The notes beneath the pieces are model-generated. The model did no database searches. It was not told where the DNA came from and saw nothing but the letters and a program-made list of their open reading frames with translations. This document shows positions 15,226 through 25,127 of a stretch of 32,000 bases of DNA, piece by piece (within the stretch, counting starts at the first letter, position 1; each line of letters opens with the position of its first letter). Location of the stretch: contig JAEZPG010000029.1 in the NCBI GenBank assembly GCA_023413555.1, forward strand, positions 10,810-42,809, in the 5' to 3' direction. A program made the position numbers and the translations under genes. The DNA comes from Bacillota bacterium (GTDB lineage Bacteria > Bacillota > Clostridia > Lachnospirales > Lachnospiraceae).

Positions 15226-17184
15226 TTAACAAATCTCCGCTCCTGAAGGCATCGGTTTTTCAGGTGTCATTAGGGACAACTCACCTTTCTCATCCTCTGC
15301 ACAAAGTAGCATACCTTCACTTAGCACTCCTGCAAGCTTAGCTGGTTTTAAGTTTACTAATACCATGACCTTTTTTCCTACCATTTCCTCTGGTGAATAG
15401 TGTGCCTTAATACCTGATACAATCTGCTTCACCTGGGAACCGATTTTCACTTGAGAAACAAGTAATTTTTTTGATTTTGGCACCTCTTCACATTTAATGA
15501 TTTCACCAACTTGGAACTGCATTTTACCAAAATCGTCAAATGTAATCTCTTCCTTAGGCTCAATGTCGATTACAGGTCCCTCTTCCTTCTTCTCTTCCGG
15601 AAGTTGATCTTTTGTTTTCATCTCATTTACTTTTTCCATTACTTCGTTAACATCCAATCTTGCAAATAGAATTTCCGGTTTCTCCACCACTTTATTACCG
15701 GATGGATACTTGCCATATTCCATCATTTCTTCCAGATTTCTGACAGTAGTGTTTAACTGTTTTGTAATTCTTTCAGCAGTATCCGGCATGAAGGAAACCA
15801 GCAAAGAAGCTCCTACGGTAATACTCTCTACCAAATTATATAATACTGTCTCCAAACGAGGTTTTTTGTCCTCTTCCTTAGCTAATGCCCAAGGCATGGT
15901 TTCATCAATATATTTATTACAGCGTTTGAACAAGTTGAAGATCTCAGTGATGGCATCAGCCACTCGTAATTTGTCCATCTTCGCTGCCACCTTCTTAGGT
16001 GTTTCTAAAGTAAATACCTTCAATTCCTCATCTATCGGCTCACATACATTAGTATTGTTCACAACACCATCAAAATATTTATTAGACATAGAAATTGTGC
16101 GGTTTACAAGGTTTCCAAGAGTATTTGCTAGTTCAGAGTTCATTCTCTCTACCATAAGCTCCCATGAAATGACACCATCATTATCAAACGGCATCTCATG
16201 AAGTACGAAATAACGTACTGCATCTACCCCAAAGAAATCTACCAAGGTGTCTGCATAAATGATATTCCCCTTGGATTTACTCATCTTACCATCTCCCTGT
16301 AACAACCAAGGATGACCAAATACCTGCTTAGGAAGTGGCTCTCCCAGGGCCATCAGGATAATTGGCCAGTAAATTGTATGGAACCGAAGAATATCCTTAC
16401 CAATCAGATGTAAATCTGCTGGCCAAAATTTCTTATACTGTTCACTATGGTTACCATCTCCATCATATCCGATGCCCGTGATGTAGTTACTTAAAGCATC
16501 TACCCAGATGTAGATTACATGTCTGTCATCAAAATTTACCGGAATCCCCCACTTTACAGAGGTTCTGGATACGCAAAGATCCTGTAATCCCGGTAAAATA
16601 AAGTTATTCATCATCTCGTTTTTACGTGATTCTGGTTGAATAAACTCAGGATGTGTATTAATATGCTCCACCAAGCGATCTGCATACTTGCTAAGCTTTA
16701 AGAAATAAGCTTCCTCCTTGGCCACATGACATTCTCTACCACAATCCGGACATTTCCCATCTACTAGTTGGGATGGTGTAAAGAAAGACTCACATGGAGT
16801 GCAGTACATTCCTTCATAGTATCCCTTGTAGATATCTCCCTGATCATACAATTTTTTAAAGATTTTTTGAACCTGGAGACAATGGTCCTCATTGGTAGTA
16901 CGAATAAATTTGTCGTAGGAAGTATTCATTAAGTCCCAAATTCTTTTAATTTCACTGGCAACTCCATCTACATATTCCTTAGGGGACACCTCTGCCGCCG
17001 CAGCTTTCTCCTCAATCTTCTGTCCATGTTCATCCGTTCCTGTCTGGAAAAATACCTCATAACCCTCAGCTCTCTTGTAACGGGCAATGGCATCTGCCAG
17101 CACTATTTCATAGGTATTTCCAATATGAGGCTTTCCTGAAGTGTATGCAATTGCAGTTGTAATGTAATATGGTTTCTTTGACAT
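15226..17184 (-). CDS. metG: methionine--tRNA ligase with C-terminal tRNA-binding (EMAP/Trbp111-like) domain
   Basis: 652-aa ORF with a HIGN (HIGH) motif, KMSKS, and zinc knuckles CTPCESF...CPDCGRE. The C-terminal domain reads FGKMQFQVGEI...VNLKPAKLAGVLSEGMLL. Confidence 0.96.
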   Translation of the reverse strand: MSKKPYYITTAIAYTSGKPHIGNTYEIVLADAIARYKRAEGYEVFFQTGTDEHGQKIEEKAAAAEVSPKEYVDGVASEIKRIWDLMNTSYDKFIRTTNEDHCLQVQKIFKKLYDQGDIYKGYYEGMYCTPCESFFTPSQLVDGKCPDCGRECHVAKEEAYFLKLSKYADRLVEHINTHPEFIQPESRKNEMMNNFILPGLQDLCVSRTSVKWGIPVNFDDRHVIYIWVDALSNYITGIGYDGDGNHSEQYKKFWPADLHLIGKDILRFHTIYWPIILMALGEPLPKQVFGHPWLLQGDGKMSKSKGNIIYADTLVDFFGVDAVRYFVLHEMPFDNDGVISWELMVERMNSELANTLGNLVNRTISMSNKYFDGVVNNTNVCEPIDEELKVFTLETPKKVAAKMDKLRVADAITEIFNLFKRCNKYIDETMPWALAKEEDKKPRLETVLYNLVESITVGASLLVSFMPDTAERITKQLNTTVRNLEEMMEYGKYPSGNKVVEKPEILFARLDVNEVMEKVNEMKTKDQLPEEKKEEGPVIDIEPKEEITFDDFGKMQFQVGEIIKCEEVPKSKKLLVSQVKIGSQVKQIVSGIKAHYSPEEMVGKKVMVLVNLKPAKLAGVLSEGMLLCAEDEKGELSLMTPEKPMPSGAEIC

Positions 17185-17328
17185 AATTTCCTCTCTCTTT
17201 CTAAATTATTTTTTCTTTCATGTAGGTTATTATGGTTATCGTTTGAGAGTAACCTGGGTTTAATTTTAGGATATGGTTTCTTTTGCCCCAAGTCTCCTAT
17301 TCCCAGCATCAGAAGCCGTGTTCTTCTC

Positions 17329-17600
17329 AAAAAAAAAACGCCTTCAATTACTTAAAGACGAGAGTTCCCGTGTTACCACTTTAATTCACCTATACTTTGC
17401 AGTATAAGCCTTATCTGCCATCCTACAATGGCATTCACTATAACGGGTGAACCCGTCGCAGCCTAAATAAATATTCTTTTACCGTCGGTGCGCAGCTCCA
17501 AGGCCATGTTCAGTAACTTCCTCAAATTCCCTTCTCAGCATCCTGGGATTCTCTGTGATGACTCTATTACCTACTCTTCTTTTCATCGCTTTCTTCATAT
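17329..17600 (-). promoter_or_regulatory. T-box riboswitch leader (Met specifier) of metG
   Basis: The minus strand carries the stem I elements AGCGATGAAAAGAAGAGTAGG and CACAGAGAAT...GGATGCTGAGAAGG. A candidate specifier loop ...TGAAC ATG G... follows, then the T-box AATTAAAGTGGTAACACGGGAAC containing UGGU, and a short hairpin with a 10-U run (plus-strand A-run 17329-17338). Confidence 0.8.
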
Positions 17601-17606
17601 ACTTGT

Positions 17607-17636
17607 AGTGTACCCTTATCCAAAAGTGTTTGTCAA
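17607..17636 (-). promoter_or_regulatory. sigma-A-type promoter for the metG T-box leader
   Basis: The minus strand has TTGACA (17636..17631), an 18-nt spacer and TACACT (17612..17607), just upstream of the stem I sequences. Confidence 0.5.
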
Positions 17637-17772
17637 GGAGATAATTTTCTATTCTTTATTAAAAGTCTATGTTACTATTGTTTTATACCTTGTTCATTTT
17701 CAACTCATATTTTTACAAACTTATTATTATAATGAATTAATACATGAAACATATTTACAAAGGGGGATATCT

Positions 17773-19554
17773 ATGAAAAGGCGTCTTCTCTCCATCCTCA
17801 TGGTACTAATACTGCTTACCTGCGTCTGCTGCAATAGCAGTAAAACAAATAAGAGGCAGAATTCTAGTTCACCAGAGGATGCATACACTTATCAGGCCAA
17901 GTTCGACGTCTTCACTGATGAGGTATTTAATTATTTCGTAACTAAAGACAGCATTACCCTAAATTATACTTTAGCAAACCCGGATAATTATAATATTAAG
18001 AATTATGACCCAACCTTCGGCACCTACTCAAAGGAGGCCATGGATGCAGATACTGAAGCAGTGGAGGACTTTCTTGAGATCGTGAAGGGTTTTGACAAAG
18101 GCCAGCTTACCAAAAGTCAACAGCTCACCTATGATATTTTGAAGCAGCTATTGGAAAATGAATCTTCTACGGGAGACTTTTACTATCTTCGTGAAGTTTT
18201 AAGCCCAACCATCGGTCTTCAGACTCAACTTCCAGTCCTACTTGCTGAGTATCATTTTTACAAAGAACAGAATGTAAAAGATTATCTCAAACTTCTATCT
18301 CATACAGATGAATATTTTGAACAAGTTTGCACTTTTGAGAAAGAAAAATCTGAAAAAGGTCTATTTATGAGTGACGCCAATGCCGATGACATCATAGATC
18401 AGTGTAGGAAATTTATTTCTAATACTGATGATAATTACTTGATTACTACCTTTGCTAAACGCCTAGATGGTGTTGTAAAGGATGAGGGACAGCGCTCCGC
18501 ATACATAGAAGAAAATAAGTCCTCAATAAAACATCATGTAATACCTGCTTATGAAAAGCTCATTACCACGCTTACTGCTCTAAAGGGCACAGGTAAAAAT
18601 AAGGGCGGGATATGTAATTATGAAGATGGTAAGAAGTATTTTGAATATTTAGTAAAAGAAAATATAGGATCCTACCGTTCCATAGATGATATTCAAACAC
18701 TATTAGACAACTACCTGACTTCTTCGATACAAAAGATGCAAAAGATTGCTGCCAGTGATCAGTCTGTCATAGAGAGTATGAATGCTCCAGGCTACCGTCT
18801 TACTGATCCGGCAGACATAATGGATTATCTCAAGGATGCTATCAAAACGGATTTTCCAGCTATTTCTCCTGTTAATTACACTATTAAGTATGTTGACAAA
18901 TCCTTGGAGGAATATATGAGCCCTGCCTTTTACCTTACTCCTCCAATTGACTACACTAGTGAAAATATGGTGTATATCAACAAGAGCCCTAAAAATGATA
19001 TGTCTGCAATTTTTACTACCATTGCCCACGAAGGATATCCTGGTCATCTATACCAAACGGTTTACTACCAACAACAGCTTCCTAGCCTACTTCGAAGTGT
19101 TCTTGATTTCGGAGGTTATACGGAAGGCTGGGCAACTTATGTGGAGCATTATTCCTATGCTCTTGCCGGGCTAAATAAGAATCTGACTGAGCTATTGCAG
19201 GAAAATCTTGTGGCTACCTTATGCATTTACTCCACAATAGATGTTGGAATAAACTATAATGGATGGGATTACAATAAAACCAAAGACTATCTCACAGGAC
19301 TTGGAATTGCAGATGAAGGGACGGTTACCAAGATTTATAATGCAATTGTGGCAGAACCCAGCAATTATTTAAAATATACTCTTGGATATATTGAGATATG
19401 TGAAATGAAAAATAAAGCTCAAGAAACTTTGGGCGATGACTTTTCATTAAAAGATTTTCATACTTTTTATCTTAACATGGGACCTACCCAGTTTAATATT
19501 ATGAATACCTATCTGGATCAGTGGCTAAAGGAAAAAAGAATTAACAATAAATAG
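17773..19554 (+). CDS. DUF885-family protein, probable lipoprotein
   Basis: The track ORF starts at 17488, but that extension overlaps the T-box leader. The real start is ATG 17773 after a GGGGG SD, giving MKRRLLSILMVLILLTCVCCNSS (signal peptide with lipobox-like LLTC). The C-terminal HEGYPGHLYQ...GYTEGWATY matches the DUF885 signature. Confidence 0.85.
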   Translation: MKRRLLSILMVLILLTCVCCNSSKTNKRQNSSSPEDAYTYQAKFDVFTDEVFNYFVTKDSITLNYTLANPDNYNIKNYDPTFGTYSKEAMDADTEAVEDFLEIVKGFDKGQLTKSQQLTYDILKQLLENESSTGDFYYLREVLSPTIGLQTQLPVLLAEYHFYKEQNVKDYLKLLSHTDEYFEQVCTFEKEKSEKGLFMSDANADDIIDQCRKFISNTDDNYLITTFAKRLDGVVKDEGQRSAYIEENKSSIKHHVIPAYEKLITTLTALKGTGKNKGGICNYEDGKKYFEYLVKENIGSYRSIDDIQTLLDNYLTSSIQKMQKIAASDQSVIESMNAPGYRLTDPADIMDYLKDAIKTDFPAISPVNYTIKYVDKSLEEYMSPAFYLTPPIDYTSENMVYINKSPKNDMSAIFTTIAHEGYPGHLYQTVYYQQQLPSLLRSVLDFGGYTEGWATYVEHYSYALAGLNKNLTELLQENLVATLCIYSTIDVGINYNGWDYNKTKDYLTGLGIADEGTVTKIYNAIVAEPSNYLKYTLGYIEICEMKNKAQETLGDDFSLKDFHTFYLNMGPTQFNIMNTYLDQWLKEKRINNK

Positions 19555-19606
19555 TAGGTACCTCTACTTTCGTCAACTATAATTGCGTATAGGAACTGAC
19601 TTGTAG

Positions 19607-19662
19607 AACACCGAGAACCCACATAATATGCTATGTTTTGCAGGTTTTCGGTGTTTCTTTTT
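19607..19662 (+). terminator. intrinsic terminator between the convergent DUF885 and ABC ATPase genes
   Basis: ACACCGAGAACC...GGTTTTCGGTGT forms a 12-bp stem with one G-U pair, followed by TTCTTTTT on the plus strand. Confidence 0.65.
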
Positions 19663-19679
19663 ATGTCATTCCATTCTTC

Positions 19680-20453
19680 CTACCAGCCCATCTCCAATAA
19701 CCAATTACTTAATTTATTTTCTCGTTCTCTCCGGTTAGAGTCTTCTGTAAACTTTCCCAACTGACACTCTCCTTCAATGTTGCCATCTACTAGATACAAA
19801 ACCTTATCTGTTCTGGCTGCCACCTTAATATCATGGGTAATAAGGAGAATGGTCATTCCCTCCTTGTTCAGTCGGTGAAACTCTTCCATAACTTCCTTAC
19901 TTGCTTTGGAGTTCAGAGCTCCCGTAGGCTCGTCGCCAAAAAGTATCTTTGGCTCATTAATTAATGCACGACATATGCAAGCTCGTTGCAGCTGTCCCCC
20001 AGATACTTCTGTAATATCCTGATCTGCAATATCCATGATATCCATTTTTCTCATTAACTCACTTGCCCGCCGATTAATGGCTTCTCTTTGTTTCCTTGTT
20101 TTACCTTTTTTTGACTGATAGGCAGATACGATAATGTTATCGTAGATGGTTAAGTTCCTTAACATATGCATCTGTTGAAATACAAAACCCATCGCATTTA
20201 ATCGTAGATTAGATAGCTCATTCTGGTTAAGGCTACTGATTTCTTGTCCTAGAAATTCAACCTGTCCTTCCGTCATATCATCCATCCCACTAATTGTATA
20301 AAGCAGAGTAGATTTACCGGATCCACTTGGGCCCATCACTGCTACATATTCTCCTTTTCCTAGTTCAAAATTAACATTCCTTAATACATGGTTTTGCTTT
20401 TTATTTATAATATATGTTTTACATAAGTCTTTTGCCTGTAATACAGTTTCCAT
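19680..20453 (-). CDS. ABC transporter ATP-binding protein (MacB/FtsE-LolD-like)
   Basis: 257-aa ORF with GPSGSGKSTLL, FVFQQ, VSGGQLQRACICRAL, ILFGDEPTGALN and ITHD. It lies 17 nt downstream of the permease gene. Confidence 0.9.
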   Translation of the reverse strand: METVLQAKDLCKTYIINKKQNHVLRNVNFELGKGEYVAVMGPSGSGKSTLLYTISGMDDMTEGQVEFLGQEISSLNQNELSNLRLNAMGFVFQQMHMLRNLTIYDNIIVSAYQSKKGKTRKQREAINRRASELMRKMDIMDIADQDITEVSGGQLQRACICRALINEPKILFGDEPTGALNSKASKEVMEEFHRLNKEGMTILLITHDIKVAARTDKVLYLVDGNIEGECQLGKFTEDSNRRERENKLSNWLLEMGW

Positions 20454-20470
20454 GGGGTACCCACCCTTTC

Positions 20471-22840
20471 TTATTCTTGATTATTTAATTCTCTTACTTG
20501 AATCTTTCTAATATCTGACGTTCCAAGGAAAGTAGCTATTAACGTAACTGTTAAAATGATTCCAGGATATATGAAATATATTTGAAGCGGTTTTACTACT
20601 AGTGAGATATTAAAAGCCCCAAAAGTATTAAATATAAAGCTTCCCACAGGCCTTCCAAGTAGATTAGCAAATATAGTTCCCATCAAGATAGCAATCAGTA
20701 GCAATATTGTCATCCTCTTAATCTGCCAGGCACGTATACTTTTGTTCATAAAGCCTGTGCTTTTTAATACAGCTATGTCTGGTGTCTCTTTGGTTACCAT
20801 TAATTTACACACCATGGTAGTAATTAAAAAGTTAATGCATATTACTAGTAATAGTAATCCTACTACAACTCGGTCTAAAATCTCACTAATATTACCCATC
20901 ATTTTTTGAATATGGTCTTCTGGGGTATCTATTTTATTATCTGGAGTAATCGTTCTCATCTGAGACAGGTAGTTCTCCTGCTTCTCACTTCCCAAATATC
21001 TTCCCATAATAGTAAGACTAGAACATCCTTTCAGTTCATAGCTGGCCTCTTGTGGTAATCGTATACTTTCTCCTACATTCATCATGGAACTATAAATGCC
21101 GCTAATGATATACTCACGAAGATTATTTCCTACTTGAATATTAAGCCTATCTCCAATTCTCACATTAAAATAGTCTGCTACAGCCCTTGTAATGGCCACT
21201 TCATTTGCTAGTCTTGGAGTGCTGCCTTCTAACATCTTATACTCCTTAGCATCCATCCCATAACTTTTACGACTATGTACATCTCTACTATCGGAAGGAT
21301 CCCCTTTATATATTTTACACATATAACTTACCTCAGTAAAAAGCTCTACTGGAATGGAGTTATCCTTATAACTCTTCTCCAACTCGTCTACATAAGATAG
21401 TAACTCTTCCGTAGAATAATTAAACATAATCTTATTTGTATCAAGAGGTGTTACAACAAAATCAAACTCTGCATAGCCAAAAATATCTAATAGTACCGGA
21501 GACTTCATGGTATTAGTAAGATTCAAGGTGATAATCAGTACCATGGTTCCTAAGACAAAGGATAAGAACAGGGCAATGTGCTTTCTTCCACTATGGAGTA
21601 GATCACTAACAGCCAAAAAGGTAGAAGGTCTTATTTTCCATTGTCTTAAATAGATTTTTTTATTTTTATGATATCTCTCCCCGGTAGATCCCCCACGGAT
21701 CGCCGTTATAGCAGATAATTTATTTACCTTTCTTGTACATAATCTACAAAATCCTAAAGTAAGTACCATAATTACTGCTACTCCCAAAAAGCTTGGAAGA
21801 TTCCATATTCCTATCTTCTCGGTTACCATTTCACTACAATTTGTATTAATAAGAACAGCCCCTACTAGCAGGCTTAACAGGTATCCTGTAACTCCTCCAA
21901 TGAGTCCAATTGCAAGATATTTCACCATATAAATACTTTGTATGGAACGGTTTTTTATCCCTATCGCCTTCATAATACCTATTTCCTTATAATCCTCCTG
22001 TAGAGTGAATACAATAGTAAAACGAAGCATTAGAAAGGATATTAAAATCAATAGAAAGCTTACTACCATAATCATTCCAGCAATCATGGAATTCATTATG
22101 TAAGACAGCTCTATAATGCTTTTATCTATGCTGAAGACGGACGGGAAGTTCAGTTGACTATATTCTCTTGCTACCGTATTTTTCCCAGCATCCTCTACCT
22201 GATTAACACTTATCGTGGTAAATCTGGTTGCCTTCTCTATGCAGTAGAATTGGAAGTCTTCCTCATTGACAATCCATCTTTTAATGTTCATCATATAGGA
22301 TCCCATTAAAGCATCCTTCACATAATGAGAGATCGTAAATTCTCTCATCCTTCCTTCTATAATAACCTGAATCTTATCCCCTATAACAAGATTAGCTCGA
22401 TTAGCTATATAATAGGGAATGGCTATTTCACCTACATCCACAACTAAGGGTTGATTCTCTTCGTCAAATAACAAGTTTTTTCTATTTGGTGCACTTTGTA
22501 ACAACATGGCTGAATTAGTATCCATGGGATCTTTTCCCTCAGGAAGCATAATATCCTTTTGCATCAGTAGAATTGCGGTCTGCAAAGAATACTCTTTAAT
22601 ATTCTTACTTGTGGATAACCATTCCTTGGCTTTAGTCAAATTATCCTCTGAATAATGAGTAATTGCAAAAAAATCTGTAGTTTTTGCCACATCCATATAT
22701 TTGTGGAGGATAGTACTGTTAGTAGACAGCATATTAATACTGGCTCCTAGCAGCGTTGCCGTAAATGTTATGAATAATAAAAGTAGAATGTTCATGGTCT
22801 TTTTACGTTTAAAATCTTTTTTTAACACTTTAAAAAACAT
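20471..22840 (-). CDS. ABC transporter permease, FtsX/MacB-type (two FtsX modules with large extracytoplasmic regions)
   Basis: 789-aa ORF with an N-terminal TM helix. Hydrophobic clusters lie around residues 245-360 and 660-780, each preceded by a long soluble region, which is typical of the FtsX-like permease architecture. Confidence 0.85.
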   Translation of the reverse strand: MFFKVLKKDFKRKKTMNILLLLFITFTATLLGASINMLSTNSTILHKYMDVAKTTDFFAITHYSEDNLTKAKEWLSTSKNIKEYSLQTAILLMQKDIMLPEGKDPMDTNSAMLLQSAPNRKNLLFDEENQPLVVDVGEIAIPYYIANRANLVIGDKIQVIIEGRMREFTISHYVKDALMGSYMMNIKRWIVNEEDFQFYCIEKATRFTTISVNQVEDAGKNTVAREYSQLNFPSVFSIDKSIIELSYIMNSMIAGMIMVVSFLLILISFLMLRFTIVFTLQEDYKEIGIMKAIGIKNRSIQSIYMVKYLAIGLIGGVTGYLLSLLVGAVLINTNCSEMVTEKIGIWNLPSFLGVAVIMVLTLGFCRLCTRKVNKLSAITAIRGGSTGERYHKNKKIYLRQWKIRPSTFLAVSDLLHSGRKHIALFLSFVLGTMVLIITLNLTNTMKSPVLLDIFGYAEFDFVVTPLDTNKIMFNYSTEELLSYVDELEKSYKDNSIPVELFTEVSYMCKIYKGDPSDSRDVHSRKSYGMDAKEYKMLEGSTPRLANEVAITRAVADYFNVRIGDRLNIQVGNNLREYIISGIYSSMMNVGESIRLPQEASYELKGCSSLTIMGRYLGSEKQENYLSQMRTITPDNKIDTPEDHIQKMMGNISEILDRVVVGLLLLVICINFLITTMVCKLMVTKETPDIAVLKSTGFMNKSIRAWQIKRMTILLLIAILMGTIFANLLGRPVGSFIFNTFGAFNISLVVKPLQIYFIYPGIILTVTLIATFLGTSDIRKIQVRELNNQE

Positions 22841-22872
22841 ACGCTCTCTCCCTTTCCCTTTTTCTACTATGC

Positions 22873-22911
22873 ATTATAAAGTGCTAATTATTAAATAATC
22901 CTAAAATCCTA
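22873..22911 (-). promoter_or_regulatory. candidate response-regulator-dependent promoter of the ABC exporter genes
   Basis: The minus strand has TAGGATT-T-TAGGATT direct repeats (plus-strand coordinates 22897-22903 and 22905-22911). An 18-nt spacer and TATAAT (22878..22873) follow, about 35 nt upstream of the permease start. Confidence 0.35.
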
Positions 22912-22941
22912 TCATTATTTATATAATATATAATTCTGTCT

Positions 22942-24255
22942 TTACTCTTCTCTTAAAACAAGAGTAAAACTCATACTATTCTCTTCTTTTGTGGCGTATA
23001 TCTCTCCACCCATCTTTGTCATTAACTCTTTACATATGTACAGTCCCAGCCCACTTCCTTTATGAGATCCTGCGTTTCCACCACGCCAAAAGCTTTCAAA
23101 AAGGTGGTTAAATTCTTTTTCTTCCACAGGTACTCCTGAATTTTTAATCGTTATCAACAGACAGTATTCTTCCTCTGTGGATGATATGGTAATCTCTTTT
23201 CCATCTCCATATTTCATGGCATTCTCCAGTATATTTTCCATCACTTCAACTACTCTGTCTTTGTCTGCCTTTACTAATTTGTTGGGATACTTCTCAATAG
23301 TAAATCTAGTGTGATTGAGGGTAAGTTTTTCTTTATAAATCATCTCAATAGGCTCTATCATATCTTTTATGTAACAATTCGTCACATCCACGGAAAACTT
23401 AAATAAGTCTTGTGTGGACATTTTTTCTATTTCTGCAACAAACCCCTCAATCTGTTCCGCTTTTTGCTGTAGCTTATAGTAGACATCCTGCTGCTTTTCC
23501 ACGCCGTATAGGCCCTCTTTAAGGGCCTTAATATATAAATAAATGGAACTTAAAGGTGTCTTAACATCGTGAGATACTGAAAGAATCAACATTTTCTTCT
23601 CTTTCTCCAACTCCAGCTGTCGAATTTGATTCTGCTTAAGGGTTTCCCGTAGGGCATCCATTCCCCACAAAAACTTTCCAAAATATCGGTACCTATTCTC
23701 TTTTAACACATTGGAGAGATGTCCCTTTGACAGTTCATAGGGCAATTGTTCTAGCTTATGAAATGGTCGTAGAATATGATATAGTACATAGCTCAATACA
23801 ACCATTGTGATAAGCCACATTACTATTAAAACCAATATAAGAACTAACTGAATCGAAGAGTAAGTCTCTTCTTTTTTCATATATTCAAATCTCACAAAAC
23901 TATAGCCAGTATCCATTAAAGAAAGTGGCAAAAGATAGCTTTGACTATTTCTAAGTGCATTCTTCCCCTCAAAAAAATCTTTCTGATCCATCTCTCCTTC
24001 TTTCCAATAAGAAAGGGCTCGTACTTGATGATATCCTCTACCTGTAATAAAGTCCTTATTAGATAACTCCATTCCTATCTGCTCTTGCTTATGATTCTCT
24101 ACATACACTTGAATCTCTTGATAGATACGATTGACCTCAACCAAGTAATCTTGATTAAACATGGCTTTATCCTTATTAGAACTAAGGTATATTACTGCAA
24201 TCGCTACAAATACAATTACTGTTAGTACTATCATAATCCTCTTAATCTGTTTCAT
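22942..24255 (-). CDS. sensor histidine kinase (two TM segments, about 110-aa extracytoplasmic loop)
   Basis: 437-aa ORF with H-box SVSHDVKTPLSS, N-box ENILENAMKYG and G-boxes GSGLGLYICKEL. Its start overlaps the response regulator stop by 14 nt. Confidence 0.88.
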   Translation of the reverse strand: MKQIKRIMIVLTVIVFVAIAVIYLSSNKDKAMFNQDYLVEVNRIYQEIQVYVENHKQEQIGMELSNKDFITGRGYHQVRALSYWKEGEMDQKDFFEGKNALRNSQSYLLPLSLMDTGYSFVRFEYMKKEETYSSIQLVLILVLIVMWLITMVVLSYVLYHILRPFHKLEQLPYELSKGHLSNVLKENRYRYFGKFLWGMDALRETLKQNQIRQLELEKEKKMLILSVSHDVKTPLSSIYLYIKALKEGLYGVEKQQDVYYKLQQKAEQIEGFVAEIEKMSTQDLFKFSVDVTNCYIKDMIEPIEMIYKEKLTLNHTRFTIEKYPNKLVKADKDRVVEVMENILENAMKYGDGKEITISSTEEEYCLLITIKNSGVPVEEKEFNHLFESFWRGGNAGSHKGSGLGLYICKELMTKMGGEIYATKEENSMSFTLVLREE

Positions 24256-24922
24256 ATTTGTACCCTACTCCCCAAACCGTCTGTATTTTTAATGGTTTCT
24301 TAGGAGATCTCTCTATTTTCTCTCTCAGCTTATTAATATGTACAGTGAGTGTTGAGAATTCACTAAAACAGTCGGTTCCCCATATTTGATTAAAGATCCA
24401 TTCCTTACGAAGAGTTTTCCCTTTATTTCTGAGAAAGAGTACTAAGAGTTCATATTCTTTATTGGTCATAAGAAGTGGCTCCCCTTGCTTGTATACGGTA
24501 GTTGAAGTAAGATTTATCGTGATGTCTCCATCTATTAACAGTTCTTTCTCCTCGGTAAGTCCATAATTCCTTCTAAATAATGCTTTCACCTTGGCTAATA
24601 ATACATCCATATCATATGGCTTTTCCACATAGTCATCCGCCCCAAGTGTAAGAATTGCTATTTTATCCTCCTTTTCCACTTTTGCACTAAGTATAACAAT
24701 GGGAATGTTAGAAGTCTGTCTTACTTTTTCACATATGGCATAACCATCAATCCCTGGTAGCATTAGATCTAAAAGTACCATCTTAAATTCTTCCTCATCC
24801 AGTCTTTGTAATCCCCCTTCTCCCGAATCAGCATGGCATAGAGTATAGCCATCTCTTGTAAGAAAATCACAGAGAATGGTTCCTAATTCCCAATCATCTT
24901 CAATTACCAGAATATCTTTCAT
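24242..24922 (-). CDS. OmpR/PhoB-family response regulator
   Basis: The preferred start is ATG 24922 (MKDILVIEDD), preceded by GGAGAGGG. The receiver domain has the phospho-acceptor context VLLDLMLPGIDG, and the C-terminal winged helix ends TVWGVGYKY. Confidence 0.9.
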   Translation of the reverse strand: MKDILVIEDDWELGTILCDFLTRDGYTLCHADSGEGGLQRLDEEEFKMVLLDLMLPGIDGYAICEKVRQTSNIPIVILSAKVEKEDKIAILTLGADDYVEKPYDMDVLLAKVKALFRRNYGLTEEKELLIDGDITINLTSTTVYKQGEPLLMTNKEYELLVLFLRNKGKTLRKEWIFNQIWGTDCFSEFSTLTVHINKLREKIERSPKKPLKIQTVWGVGYKYETD

Positions 24923-25037
24923 CCGTTCCCTCTCCATTAAATCATTTAGATTATTGAATGTTAATATTTGTATGTTATCATATAACCACTGGTTTCTCAA
25001 TAATCATATTCACCAACTAATTTTAGGTATAAAAATA

Positions 25038-25101
25038 GATTCTTATTTATATCACTTTACCCTAGTTTTCATTTTGGGAATTAAAGTTATAAATAAGAAT
25101 C
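25038..25101 (-). terminator. long AU-rich hairpin downstream of the TrpA-like gene (probable terminator)
   Basis: There is a perfect 14-bp inverted repeat, GATTCTTATTTATA (25038-25051) with TATAAATAAGAATC (25088-25101). An inner 6-bp extension ACTTTA/TAAAGT adds to it. On the minus strand the hairpin is followed by TATTTTTAT. Confidence 0.45.
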
Positions 25102-25127
25102 CTTTGAGTTCTATCTGTTATAAATAA

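Noticed and set aside
15710-16201. 163-aa plus-strand ORF
   Set aside because: It is an antisense shadow inside metG, whose identity is unambiguous. The same reasoning rejects the other short ORFs nested in or antisense to called genes: 824-1153, 3113-3298, 4477-4752, 4975-5181, 10150-10380, 10286-10504, 10523-10789, 12139-12390, 12816-13037, 13076-13291, 13288-13569, 13610-13798, 17103-17330, 18703-19047, 18947-19174, 22701-22898, 24876-25127, 27800-28009, 28365-28550, 29690-29875, 30211-30417 and 31131-31388.
17488-17772. N-terminal 95 codons of the 688-aa track ORF (MRSSKAMFSNFLKF...)
   Set aside because: This stretch is the antisense of the metG T-box leader and promoter. It has no SD and is low-complexity. 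An internal ATG at 17773 has an SD and a textbook signal peptide, so the extension is not coding.
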